Source: Parcubacteria group bacterium Gr01-1014_8 (GTDB lineage: Bacteria; Patescibacteriota; Minisyncoccia; Phycocordibacterales; UBA2100). From it: DNA of 64,000 bases. The notes beneath the pieces are model-generated. The model made no database searches and was not told where the DNA came from. It worked only from the letters and a program-made list of their open reading frames with translations. Location of the stretch: positions 119,386 to 183,385 of the forward strand of contig VMGC01000005.1 in NCBI GenBank assembly GCA_007376385.1. Reading direction: 5' to 3'. Shown here one piece after another: positions 48,475 to 56,757 of this stretch (its first letter is position 1; every line of letters begins with the position of its first letter). Made by a program: the position numbers and the translations under genes.

Positions 48475-49317
48475 ATGAACGGGCTTGATTCGCCCACAGG
48501 CGATAGGAACTCACACCCCGATCCCGTGATTAGACAACTGATTGAGCAGGCAAATAGGATTGAGGCGCTGGTGCAAGAGCGGATGTCGGGAATGGGGGGC
48601 ATGAGTGCGATGTGGCAGTCTCCCGTAGCATTCCAGAGGGTTAATCAATTCGCGCCAGCAAGTGCGGCTTCACTGCGTGGACAATTGAATACACCGACGA
48701 GGCCGGAAAGCGCCCTCGCAGACATAGCGACCCTGAAACGCGTCGTTGGCGAACAACAGGCGTGGATAGATGCACAGCCGGTGAGAAAACACATTAAAGA
48801 AGGTTTAGAATTGTTGAAGAAAGAGCCAACCACGTGGGGGCGCATCTTGCAAAATACGCTTCTCGTCGCGAGCGGCATCACGTATACGGCGCTCGCTTCC
48901 AAACATCTAACGTCAGGGTTTTCGTTGGCGATGCTTACCGGCCTCGGCATCCCCGCGGCGATTGCGGCCTCTGCTATCGTTGCAGTACTTCCTGCACTTG
49001 CCATCACCGGTCTGAGGGCCAGACGAGCAATACGCGAGGCATCCGACCTTTTGAAACAAAAATATGGACAAGGAGGTAAAGACGTTATCGTCGAAGGAAA
49101 AGGCTGGCGGTTCCTTCGAATGACCGGACGTTCCGCCACAATAGATGTCGTCGTCGCGGCGCTCCTCGTTGGAGGTTTAATGGAAATGAAAATGCCATGG
49201 CTAGGGCCAGATACATCTCCGGCAGATGTGGTGAGGCAAACCGCAGAAACGGTTTGGAAAGGCGCAGGCAATGCAATAAGTACCTTGTGGGGGCTCATCA
49301 TGCGCCGAACGCCATAG
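48475..49317 (+). CDS. hypothetical membrane protein F2
   Basis: 280 aa. A GMGGMSAMWQSP motif resembling F1. 3-4 TM helices. Confidence 0.45.
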   Translation: MNGLDSPTGDRNSHPDPVIRQLIEQANRIEALVQERMSGMGGMSAMWQSPVAFQRVNQFAPASAASLRGQLNTPTRPESALADIATLKRVVGEQQAWIDAQPVRKHIKEGLELLKKEPTTWGRILQNTLLVASGITYTALASKHLTSGFSLAMLTGLGIPAAIAASAIVAVLPALAITGLRARRAIREASDLLKQKYGQGGKDVIVEGKGWRFLRMTGRSATIDVVVAALLVGGLMEMKMPWLGPDTSPADVVRQTAETVWKGAGNAISTLWGLIMRRTP

Positions 49318-49332
49318 AACGGTCATACGTTA

Positions 49333-49692
49333 ATGTATACTCTTTCTATGAACCCTCAACAGTTAATGACACAAGGGCGAGCGATGCTCATTGAAGAGTT
49401 GAACCTGATGCATCTGCCGGAACTTGAGCAAAATGAGATACTCGACCAGCTTGGGGAAGTATTGCTTCAAAGAGTGCTTCTCAAGTTGCTAGACATGCTG
49501 CCGGAGAATGAGCGAGACAATTTTGGAAAACTTTTCGCTTCGCAGGATGCGCAGGGTATGCAGGCGGTTGTCTCAAAATACGTGCCACATGTAGACGAAG
49601 TGATTAGAGCAGAACTTCGCGCAGGAATCGACGAACACAAACGGCTCGTCAATGAAGCCGCAGCAAAGGAAGAAACTGCGCAGGCCGCATAA
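49333..49692 (+). CDS. small helical protein, paralog E3
   Basis: 119 aa. See E2. Confidence 0.5.
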   Translation: MYTLSMNPQQLMTQGRAMLIEELNLMHLPELEQNEILDQLGEVLLQRVLLKLLDMLPENERDNFGKLFASQDAQGMQAVVSKYVPHVDEVIRAELRAGIDEHKRLVNEAAAKEETAQAA

Positions 49693-49698
49693 CGCAGC

Positions 49699-50325
49699 AT
49701 GGACACGCTGCGCGCATCGGGAGCCGAGAAACAAAAAGCCATGGAAGTTGCCGCGCGAGCGGCGTTCGGAGAGCTCGAAGAAAAATTGGCGCAGCTCGGG
49801 AAAGTTTCCGAGGAGGATTTGTGGTCTTACGGTGTCCCCACTGGAGACAGTCGTGATGCGATTCGCAGGCTAGTTGCGATACGAGAAGTTGTTGCGAGAC
49901 ACAAACCGTTAGCCGAGAAACCAGAGCTTTTAGGCAGTGAAGCTGAAAAGTTTGTTCAGTGGTCTTCTACTTTTTCAAACGCTGTCAGTTATCTCAACTA
50001 TTTGCTCGGGAAGCGAGACGATACTGATACATTTCAAGAAAAGCGTAAGGAAGAAAGCGCCAAGTGGACATCGGTAGTGGCAGCGCATCGAGATATCACA
50101 ACTCTATTGAACTCTCTCGCGGAGCAGAAGCTGCAGAAATATTCGGCGGAGACGATACTGGGCCTTTCTCGCAATGCGGAGACGCTTGTCGAAGAAGCGA
50201 GAAACTCCAGCGAACAAAGGGACGGTGCTCTTAAGTCTTTGCAGGATATGTTGGGTGGACTTCGAAAAGACGCGCTTACCGCGCAATACGAACGGGAGCA
50301 CGCAGACGATTTCCCACACATGTAA
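49699..50325 (+). CDS. hypothetical helical protein (gene G, last of the block)
   Basis: 208-aa ORF. Confidence 0.45.
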   Translation: MDTLRASGAEKQKAMEVAARAAFGELEEKLAQLGKVSEEDLWSYGVPTGDSRDAIRRLVAIREVVARHKPLAEKPELLGSEAEKFVQWSSTFSNAVSYLNYLLGKRDDTDTFQEKRKEESAKWTSVVAAHRDITTLLNSLAEQKLQKYSAETILGLSRNAETLVEEARNSSEQRDGALKSLQDMLGGLRKDALTAQYEREHADDFPHM

Positions 50326-50332
50326 GAAATCG

Positions 50333-50881
50333 TTAGAACATCGGCTTTACGTCCTTCGGTTTTTCAGTTCTTTTGAGCTGCTCGACTTCCTCAATTAGTT
50401 TTTGAAGTGTTGATTCGATGCTCACAAGCGTTTCTTTCTGCTGTTCTTTGCGCCTCTCTTCTTCCGCGGCTTCTGCATTTTCTTCTTCGGTCATCTCCTC
50501 GACATCTTCTCCTATTCCCTCAACGTCTTCGCCTATCTCTTCGATGTCTTCCTGCAATTCATCAACGTCTTCCGAGATCTCCTCAACGTCCTCTTGAATT
50601 TCGCCCACGTCTTCCTGGATTTCTTCCACATCCTCCCGCACTTCCGCGATGCTTGCCGCTTGATAGTTAATCGTCATTTGGATGAAAATCGCGAGATAAA
50701 TGGCTTCCAGCGAAACTATTGTCGTAAGCACAAGTAGCATGCGGTCGAGGTTGAGGATGTCGAACCATACCGCGAGGAAGCTTCCCGCAAACAGGATCGT
50801 ATGGATGATGATGGAGGCGGGGGAGCCCACAAAGCGCGTAACGGTCAATGCCGTTTTTTGAATGTCTTTAAATTCGGACAT
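50333..50881 (-). CDS. DUF1003 family membrane protein with a C-terminal acidic tandem repeat
   Basis: LTTIVSLEAIYLAIFIQMTINYQA is the DUF1003 motif. The repeat is (EDVEEIQ/EDVGEIQ/EDVEEIS…) over 7 units, encoded by 24-bp tandem DNA repeats at about 50470-50650. Confidence 0.6.
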   Translation of the reverse strand: MSEFKDIQKTALTVTRFVGSPASIIIHTILFAGSFLAVWFDILNLDRMLLVLTTIVSLEAIYLAIFIQMTINYQAASIAEVREDVEEIQEDVGEIQEDVEEISEDVDELQEDIEEIGEDVEGIGEDVEEMTEEENAEAAEEERRKEQQKETLVSIESTLQKLIEEVEQLKRTEKPKDVKPMF

Positions 50882-50962
50882 CGCGCCGAGTATACCTTAA
50901 GAGAAATTAACTGTCCTGTCGGTTACGCACAGTTTTTCGTCTCAATTGTTTAGTTCATTGTA

Positions 50963-50998
50963 ATACCTTAGTGGTGCCGGTCGGCACCACTAAGGTAT
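50963..50998. repeat. palindromic hairpin repeat copy 4 (ATACCTTAGTGGTGCCGGTCGGCACCACTAAGGTAT)
   Basis: Perfect 16-bp stem with the same core. Confidence 0.6.
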
Positions 50999-51128
50999 AT
51001 CGAAAGAATCTTCGCGCCTTGTCTGTCGAGACTATATAAAAAATGCTTTTGGCTCGCAGCGGGTACACAGAGAACATTGTTTGTTGTATCACGGGGTATG
51101 CAGCATAAATTGATATACTAAAGGGGTC

Positions 51129-51794
51129 ATGGAAAAAAAAAGTGCAGAACTAGTCTCCGCATATTTAGTAGCCGGCGGAGCCGAGAAAATAACTGCGATA
51201 GAAGAATTTCTTCTCAATGCCGGTTTCGACACGAAGGGAAGTCCTGACGTGTACATCCGAGAGTATCTCAATTTTGGGATTGACGACGCGCGCGCTCTTC
51301 GCGACAGGGCGAACATGCGGGCCGTGCAGAGCTCGAGACGAGTATTTATCCTCATCGCGCCGAGTATGACCCACGATGCTCAAAATGCTCTCCTGAAAAC
51401 GCTGGAGGAACCGCCCGCGGACTGTGTTTTCTTTTTTGTGGTTGCGGCGCCTGCGGCGTTATTGTCAACGCTGCGCTCGCGTGGAGAGATGCTTGTATTG
51501 GAAGGAAGTGCCGATGAACGGCTCATTGAGCCGGGAGCATTTCTCATTGCAACACCAGAGAGCAGGCTGGAAATGCTAAAACCGCTCTATGCGAAAACAG
51601 ACGATGATGAACGCGATGTGCGTAAAGCCGTCCGATTTCTTCAAGACCTGGAATATGCTCTTGCCAATGAAAAAAGAGGGGAGGTTAAAGAGGGGCTCCA
51701 CGCCGTCTATCGCGCCCGGAAGTATCTTATGGATAAAGGCGCTCTATTGAAGCCTCTTCTTGAACAAGTAGCTCTTCTTACACCGCAGGTATAG
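51129..51794 (+). CDS. holB: DNA polymerase III delta-prime subunit-like (short HolB)
   Basis: The motifs KTLEEPP and TLRSRG (SRC-like). The P-loop is degenerate. 221 aa. Confidence 0.5.
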   Translation: MEKKSAELVSAYLVAGGAEKITAIEEFLLNAGFDTKGSPDVYIREYLNFGIDDARALRDRANMRAVQSSRRVFILIAPSMTHDAQNALLKTLEEPPADCVFFFVVAAPAALLSTLRSRGEMLVLEGSADERLIEPGAFLIATPESRLEMLKPLYAKTDDDERDVRKAVRFLQDLEYALANEKRGEVKEGLHAVYRARKYLMDKGALLKPLLEQVALLTPQV

Positions 51795-51887
51795 TCCACC
51801 CCGTGAGATAAGGTTTTAATTAGCCTTTAGCTCGGGACTTCTTCAGTAGCGGCATGTCCATCGCAATTATATTACGCAAATTATCTC

Positions 51888-52460
51888 ATGGGGTATAATG
51901 GTTCGACAATGGCATACGATTTTAAGGTGTTAGAGGGAAAACTAGCAAAGGCGAAGGAATGGCTTGGGAGCGAATTTCGCACTCTGCGCACAGGCAGGGC
52001 CACGCCGGCAATTCTGGACGGTGTCTCCATATCTGCGTACGGCTCCATGATGCAATTGAAGCAACTCGCGACCATATCAATAGAAGACGCTCGCTCCCTT
52101 CGCGTGCAGGCGTTCGACCCTTCGACTATCAAGGATATCGAGCGGGGTATTACGAATGCGAATCTGGGGTTAGGCATCAGCTCTGACAATACCGGCGTGC
52201 GCGCCACGTTTCCCGAACTTACCGGCGAGCGCCGGGAGCAGTTGATTAAATTAGCGAAAGCGAAATTGGAGGATGCGCGTCAGACTGTTCGTATTGCGCG
52301 CGACGAGACGTGGAAGGACATTCAAGAACAGGAGAAAGCGGGCGGCATCAGCGAGGATGATAAATTTCGCCTCAAAGACGAGATGCAAAAGAAAGTCGAC
52401 GCGATGAACGAAGAATTGGAAAAGGCGTTCGAACATAAGGAGAAGGAGATGAATAGCTAA
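51888..52460 (+). CDS. frr: ribosome recycling factor
   Basis: RTGRATPAILDGV, the central RRF fold, and a C-terminal KDEMQKKVDAMNEELE. The start is possibly at 51909. Confidence 0.9.
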   Translation: MGYNGSTMAYDFKVLEGKLAKAKEWLGSEFRTLRTGRATPAILDGVSISAYGSMMQLKQLATISIEDARSLRVQAFDPSTIKDIERGITNANLGLGISSDNTGVRATFPELTGERREQLIKLAKAKLEDARQTVRIARDETWKDIQEQEKAGGISEDDKFRLKDEMQKKVDAMNEELEKAFEHKEKEMNS

Positions 52461-52465
52461 GACAT

Positions 52466-53200
52466 ATGGCCACTCCAGAGGGAGAACAAAAGAATCCGCC
52501 GGTCCCTAAAGGGGACGAATACTGGAAGAACTATTCCGAGCTTGCGAAAAGAAAACGAGTGATGCCGCGGCTCGATGGAAGACTGGCGTATGATGTCATA
52601 AAGACCGTGCGCGAGATCGAATCTCGGTTGCTGATGTTCCCTGGTTTCGTCGGGATCGGTCCCAGGGGTTCTAGGTGGGATGGATATGCGCTGCCGACTT
52701 CCGACTACGATATCGTGGTTCTCATCGATTCGTCGGCGCCTAATTACAATCCGGCCGTTATGAAAGCGGCCGCATACGATATCCGTGATTCGTGGGCTCC
52801 TGAACAGGGGATACGCATACATTTCGATTTTGAGGACATGGCACGCATCGTTCACGACGATGATCTTACGCGCGTTGGCGTGGGACATTTGCAGACGCTG
52901 GCGGCTCTTGGTGGCGATGTCATCGGACCGAAATTGAAGGAGTATCGGAAAATAGCGCACGACAAATTAGAGAACCTGCCCACAGAGAGACGTGAGAAAT
53001 TGCTCTCCAATGTCGCTGCCTTGCGTCTTGATCAGGAAGATACGCGTTCTACGAGGATCCATGAGCGCATCAATGGCCACGCGTTACAGACATATTCACC
53101 GGCACGAGCCCGAGCAGCCCGCACTCGGCTTTGGGAAAGGAAGATCTTCAAGACCTTTGGCATTCGCGATACATCTTTGCCCGAGAAACCGAAATCATGA
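52466..53200 (+). CDS. minimal nucleotidyltransferase (Pol-beta superfamily) domain protein
   Basis: GSRWDGYALPTSDYDIVVLID matches the hG[GS]x(9-13)DhDhhh motif. It sits between frr and rseP, with a 4-nt overlap with rseP. Confidence 0.55.
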   Translation: MATPEGEQKNPPVPKGDEYWKNYSELAKRKRVMPRLDGRLAYDVIKTVREIESRLLMFPGFVGIGPRGSRWDGYALPTSDYDIVVLIDSSAPNYNPAVMKAAAYDIRDSWAPEQGIRIHFDFEDMARIVHDDDLTRVGVGHLQTLAALGGDVIGPKLKEYRKIAHDKLENLPTERREKLLSNVAALRLDQEDTRSTRIHERINGHALQTYSPARARAARTRLWERKIFKTFGIRDTSLPEKPKS

Positions 53201-54285
53201 CAACAGCGCTTCTTGTCATCGGGATACTCGTGTTTCTTATCGTCGTCCATGAATTTGGGCACTTTGCGGCCGCAAAGATATTCAGAGTACGTGTTGAGGA
53301 ATTCGGCGTCGGGTACCCGCCGCGTGCGTTTCTCATCGTAAAATTTGGGGATACTGAATATACGTTGAACTGGATTCCTTTTGGAGGATTCGTGCGGCTG
53401 TATGGCGAGAGCGAAGCGGCCCCGAAAGTTCGGGGGAGTTTTATCGGCTCTCCTCGGTATGTGCAAGCCCTCATTCTTGTTGCGGGAGTCCTGATGAACG
53501 CCGTCGCAGCATGGGTGCTTTTCGCAGGGGCGCTCTACGTCGGCATCCCGCACGCGGTTCCAAGCGATGCTAAGGCAGAGAATGTTCGACTCCTCGTGAG
53601 TACCGTCGTAGACGGTTCTCCTGCTGCTGCATCGGAAATTCGGCAAGGAGACGAAATAATGTCTATCACTGATGAAAAAGGGAAATCACCGGCATTAAAT
53701 CCGGAAGCGGTAGTGGAATTTGTCGGAGGGCGCGGTGGCGAGGCGCTTGAAATAACGTATCTTCGCGGACTGGAAAAGAAGACTGTCATCGTACATCCGG
53801 CGCACGCAGTTCTTTCAAAGGAAGCGAATAGACCAGCTCTCGGGGTAGGGCTCGTCATGGTAACCAGCGATCCGGTTCCTGCATGGGAAGCGCTTAAACA
53901 ATCGTTGCCGATAACAGCAGATAAATTGTGGTCGGTATTCCAAGGTCTTGGCGGGATGATCACGAATGCGTTCAGAGGGGCCTCTGTGTTGGAGGGGGTT
54001 GTTGGGCCTGTCGGGCTCGTTGGCGTGGTTGGGAACGCAGCGCAACATGGCTTCGGGAGCGTGCTTATTCTCGCCGGATTCATTTCGTTGAATCTAGCGG
54101 TCGTGAATTTGTTGCCGGTTCCGGCATTGGATGGAGGAAGGCTCGTGCTCCTAGGAGTTGAGGCTCTCATGCAGCGAAATGCCCCGAAGCTTGCAGTGCA
54201 TTTGCTGAACACGCTTGGCGTCGGGCTCATCATCGTCTTGATGGTTGCGGTAACGTACAACGATATTGTGCGTCTGGTTGGGTAG
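53197..54285 (+). CDS. rseP: RIP metalloprotease RseP (site-2 protease)
   Basis: HEFGHFAAAK (the HExxH in TM1), a PDZ domain, and a C-terminal LDGG motif. The ORF track start at 53131 is disfavoured. Confidence 0.85.
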   Translation: MTTALLVIGILVFLIVVHEFGHFAAAKIFRVRVEEFGVGYPPRAFLIVKFGDTEYTLNWIPFGGFVRLYGESEAAPKVRGSFIGSPRYVQALILVAGVLMNAVAAWVLFAGALYVGIPHAVPSDAKAENVRLLVSTVVDGSPAAASEIRQGDEIMSITDEKGKSPALNPEAVVEFVGGRGGEALEITYLRGLEKKTVIVHPAHAVLSKEANRPALGVGLVMVTSDPVPAWEALKQSLPITADKLWSVFQGLGGMITNAFRGASVLEGVVGPVGLVGVVGNAAQHGFGSVLILAGFISLNLAVVNLLPVPALDGGRLVLLGVEALMQRNAPKLAVHLLNTLGVGLIIVLMVAVTYNDIVRLVG

Positions 54286-54301
54286 GCTCTAACTTTTCGA
54301 C

Positions 54302-54339
54302 CATACCTTACTTGTGCCGGTCGGCACACCTAAGGTATG
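54302..54339. repeat. palindromic hairpin repeat copy 5 (CATACCTTACTTGTGCCGGTCGGCACACCTAAGGTATG)
   Basis: Same core, with one stem mismatch. Confidence 0.6.
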
Positions 54340-54410
54340 CTCATGTTGAGGGGTGAGGTGTTGAAGGGCTCGAATTGCTCTATTGTGTGGATAGCGATAG
54401 TATGCACGGG

Positions 54411-55667
54411 ATGCGCCAATCTGAACTTTTCACAAAGACAAGAAAACAAGCACCGAAAGACGAGGTATCGAAGAACGCGCAGCTCCTTATTCGTGCCGGA
54501 TTCATCCATAAAGAAATGGCGGGGGCATACTCGCTTCTTCCTCTGGGACTTCGCGTTTTCAATAACATCGTGGGGGTCATCCGCGAAGAGATAAACGCCA
54601 TCGGCGGGCAGGAGATAGTGCTTACGGCTCTTCAAAATCCTGCACATTGGAAAAAGAGCGGGCGATGGAGCGATGATGCCATCGATGTCTGGTTCAAAAC
54701 AGCGTTAAAAGGCGGCGGAGAACTTGGACTCGCAACGACGCATGAAGAGCCCCTCACCGCGCTTATGAGCGAATATGTTTCTTCATACAAAGACCTGCCG
54801 AAATATGTGTATCAATTCCAGACAAAATTCCGCAACGAGCTCCGTGCAAAGAGCGGCATCATGCGCGTTCGCGAATTTGTGATGAAAGATTTGTATTCGT
54901 TCAGCAGGAACGAGAAAGAATTCCGCACATTCTATGAACAGTGCGCAAAAGCATATGAGAAGATTTTCCGGCGAGTAGGGATAGGAGATATAACGTATCG
55001 CACATTCGCCTCGGGCGGCTCATTCTCGAAATTTAGCGACGAGTATCAAATGCTCTGCGACGCAGGCGAGGATGTCATATACGTCAATAAAGCGAGGAAA
55101 TTAGCCGTAAATAAGGAAGTGTACACGGACGATGTTCTTGCCGAACTCGGCATTGCAAAGGCGGACCTGACGGAAGAAAAGGCAATCGAGGTCGGGAATA
55201 TTTTTCCGCTCGGGACTCGTTTTTCGGATGAACTTGGATTGAAATATAAAGATGAAGGAGGCAAAGCAATATCTGTTGTTATGGGCTCTTACGGCATTGG
55301 TCCGGGACGTTTGATGGGAGCAGTTGCGGAAGCGCTTTCTGACGAAAAAGGATTAGTGTGGCCAAAAGAGATAGCGCCGTTCAAGATACACTTGCTTTCG
55401 ATCATCGGAAGCGATGAAACCATACGAGGCGAAGCGGACAAGCTCTACGAGCTGCTCAAGGAAAATGATATTGACGTGTTATACGACGACCGCGACGTCA
55501 GGGCCGGAGAGAAATTTGCAGACGCAGACCTTATCGGAATTCCGACACGATTGGTAATATCAGAAAAAACAGTATCAGCTGGCGGCGCCGAAATGAGCGG
55601 TCGAAAGAATGGCCCCGCGTCTCTTGTCTCTGATAGCGCAGTTATACAAAAAATCAAAGGAGAATAG
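54411..55667 (+). CDS. proS: proline--tRNA ligase (short form without an editing domain)
   Basis: Class II aaRS motifs (FRNELRAKSGIMRVREFVMKDLYSF). An anticodon-binding domain. A C-terminal zinc-binding-like segment absent. The ORF opens at 54375. Confidence 0.9.
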   Translation: MRQSELFTKTRKQAPKDEVSKNAQLLIRAGFIHKEMAGAYSLLPLGLRVFNNIVGVIREEINAIGGQEIVLTALQNPAHWKKSGRWSDDAIDVWFKTALKGGGELGLATTHEEPLTALMSEYVSSYKDLPKYVYQFQTKFRNELRAKSGIMRVREFVMKDLYSFSRNEKEFRTFYEQCAKAYEKIFRRVGIGDITYRTFASGGSFSKFSDEYQMLCDAGEDVIYVNKARKLAVNKEVYTDDVLAELGIAKADLTEEKAIEVGNIFPLGTRFSDELGLKYKDEGGKAISVVMGSYGIGPGRLMGAVAEALSDEKGLVWPKEIAPFKIHLLSIIGSDETIRGEADKLYELLKENDIDVLYDDRDVRAGEKFADADLIGIPTRLVISEKTVSAGGAEMSGRKNGPASLVSDSAVIQKIKGE

Positions 55668-55671
55668 GTGT

Positions 55672-56757
55672 ATGGAACAAGGATTAAGGGCACGGCTGAG
55701 AGCCTGGCGAGAACGCGTCCTCGGACTTTTTTCCAACGATATAGGCATTGACCTCGGCACAGCAAATACGCTTGTGTACGTGAAAGGGCGCGGCATTGTT
55801 ATCAACGAGCCTTCAATAGTTGCAGTCAATCAAAAGACCGGGCAGGTCGTCGCTGTAGGTCAGCAGGCAAAAGACATGCTGGGCCGTACGCCGGCGCATA
55901 TCGCGGCAGTCCAGCCTGTTATAGACGGTGTCATCTCCGATTTTGAAATAACGTCAGAGATGCTTTCATATCTCATCAATAAAGCACAGGAAGGGCACAC
56001 GAAACTGCTCGGTCCCCGCGTGGTGGTAGGTGTTCCATCTGGAATTACATCGGTGGAAGTGCGGGCTGTGCGGGACGCGGCGAAGGCAGCCGGCGCGCGC
56101 GAAGTGCACGTTGTTGAGGAACCGCTTGCGGCGGCAATCGGCATCGAGCTTCCCATTCACGCCGCACGGGGGAGCATGATAGTGGACATTGGCGGGGGTA
56201 CAACTGATATTGGGGTCATTTCACTAGGAGGTCTCGTCACGGCTCGAAATGTGCGCATTGCAGGCGACAAATTCAATTCCGATATTACGACGCACGTTCG
56301 TAATGAATCAAAGATACTTATCGGAGCGAAGACCGCTGAAGAAGTGAAGATAGCCGTTGCGTCTGTGAATAGAAGCGGAACCGCGCTCGAGATCGTTGCT
56401 CGCGGGCGCGATCTCGCGACAGGGCTTCCTCGGGAGATAATCATCACGGACGAAGATATACGGAACGCGATCGGGCATTCTATTGACGAACTGGTCGAGG
56501 CGATAAAAGAGGTTCTTGAATTGACTCCGCCAGAATTGATAGCGGATGTTATGCAAAAGGGCATCTATCTTGCTGGCGGCGGCGCACTCATCCGCGGACT
56601 TCCTGAATTCCTGTCTGCTGCGCTCGGCGTTCCGGTCATTGTCGCCCCTGATCCTCTGACGGCTGTCGTGCGGGGAACAGGCATCGTACTCGATGACATT
56701 GATGCGTATAGGGAAGCGCTCCTCAAAACTGATGATGAACTTGTACCAACGGAATAA
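55672..56757 (+). CDS. mreB: rod shape-determining protein MreB (paralog 2, in the mreBCD-mrdA operon)
   Basis: GIDLGTANTLVYV and MIVDIGGGTTDIGVISLGG. The ORF track start at 55609 is rejected. Confidence 0.9.
   Translation: MEQGLRARLRAWRERVLGLFSNDIGIDLGTANTLVYVKGRGIVINEPSIVAVNQKTGQVVAVGQQAKDMLGRTPAHIAAVQPVIDGVISDFEITSEMLSYLINKAQEGHTKLLGPRVVVGVPSGITSVEVRAVRDAAKAAGAREVHVVEEPLAAAIGIELPIHAARGSMIVDIGGGTTDIGVISLGGLVTARNVRIAGDKFNSDITTHVRNESKILIGAKTAEEVKIAVASVNRSGTALEIVARGRDLATGLPREIIITDEDIRNAIGHSIDELVEAIKEVLELTPPELIADVMQKGIYLAGGGALIRGLPEFLSAALGVPVIVAPDPLTAVVRGTGIVLDDIDAYREALLKTDDELVPTE

Noticed and set aside
41296-49301. Minus-strand ORFs within the 10-gene block (41296..41799, 41673..42332, 43828..44433, 47406..48146, 48645..49301)
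   Set aside because: They overlap the tightly packed + strand genes. Ser/Ala/Arg-rich low-complexity translations with no start-site context.
50470-50650. 24-bp tandem DNA repeats as a non-coding repeat or CRISPR-like array
   Set aside because: They lie inside the DUF1003 paralog's reading frame and translate to a regular acidic octapeptide repeat. This is a coding tandem repeat.
3067-54339. CRISPR array interpretation of the repeated GTGCCGGTCGGCAC hairpins
   Set aside because: Copies are 2-33 kb apart and not in a regularly spaced array. No cas genes were seen. They are dispersed palindromic repeats, not CRISPR repeats.
55609-55671. Upstream extension of mreB2 (ORF track start 55609) and similar extensions for rseP (53131), proS (54375) and the MBL hydrolase (16080)
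   Set aside because: The extensions overlap the preceding genes and add non-conserved N-terminal residues. Internal Met codons align with the canonical N-termini of each family.
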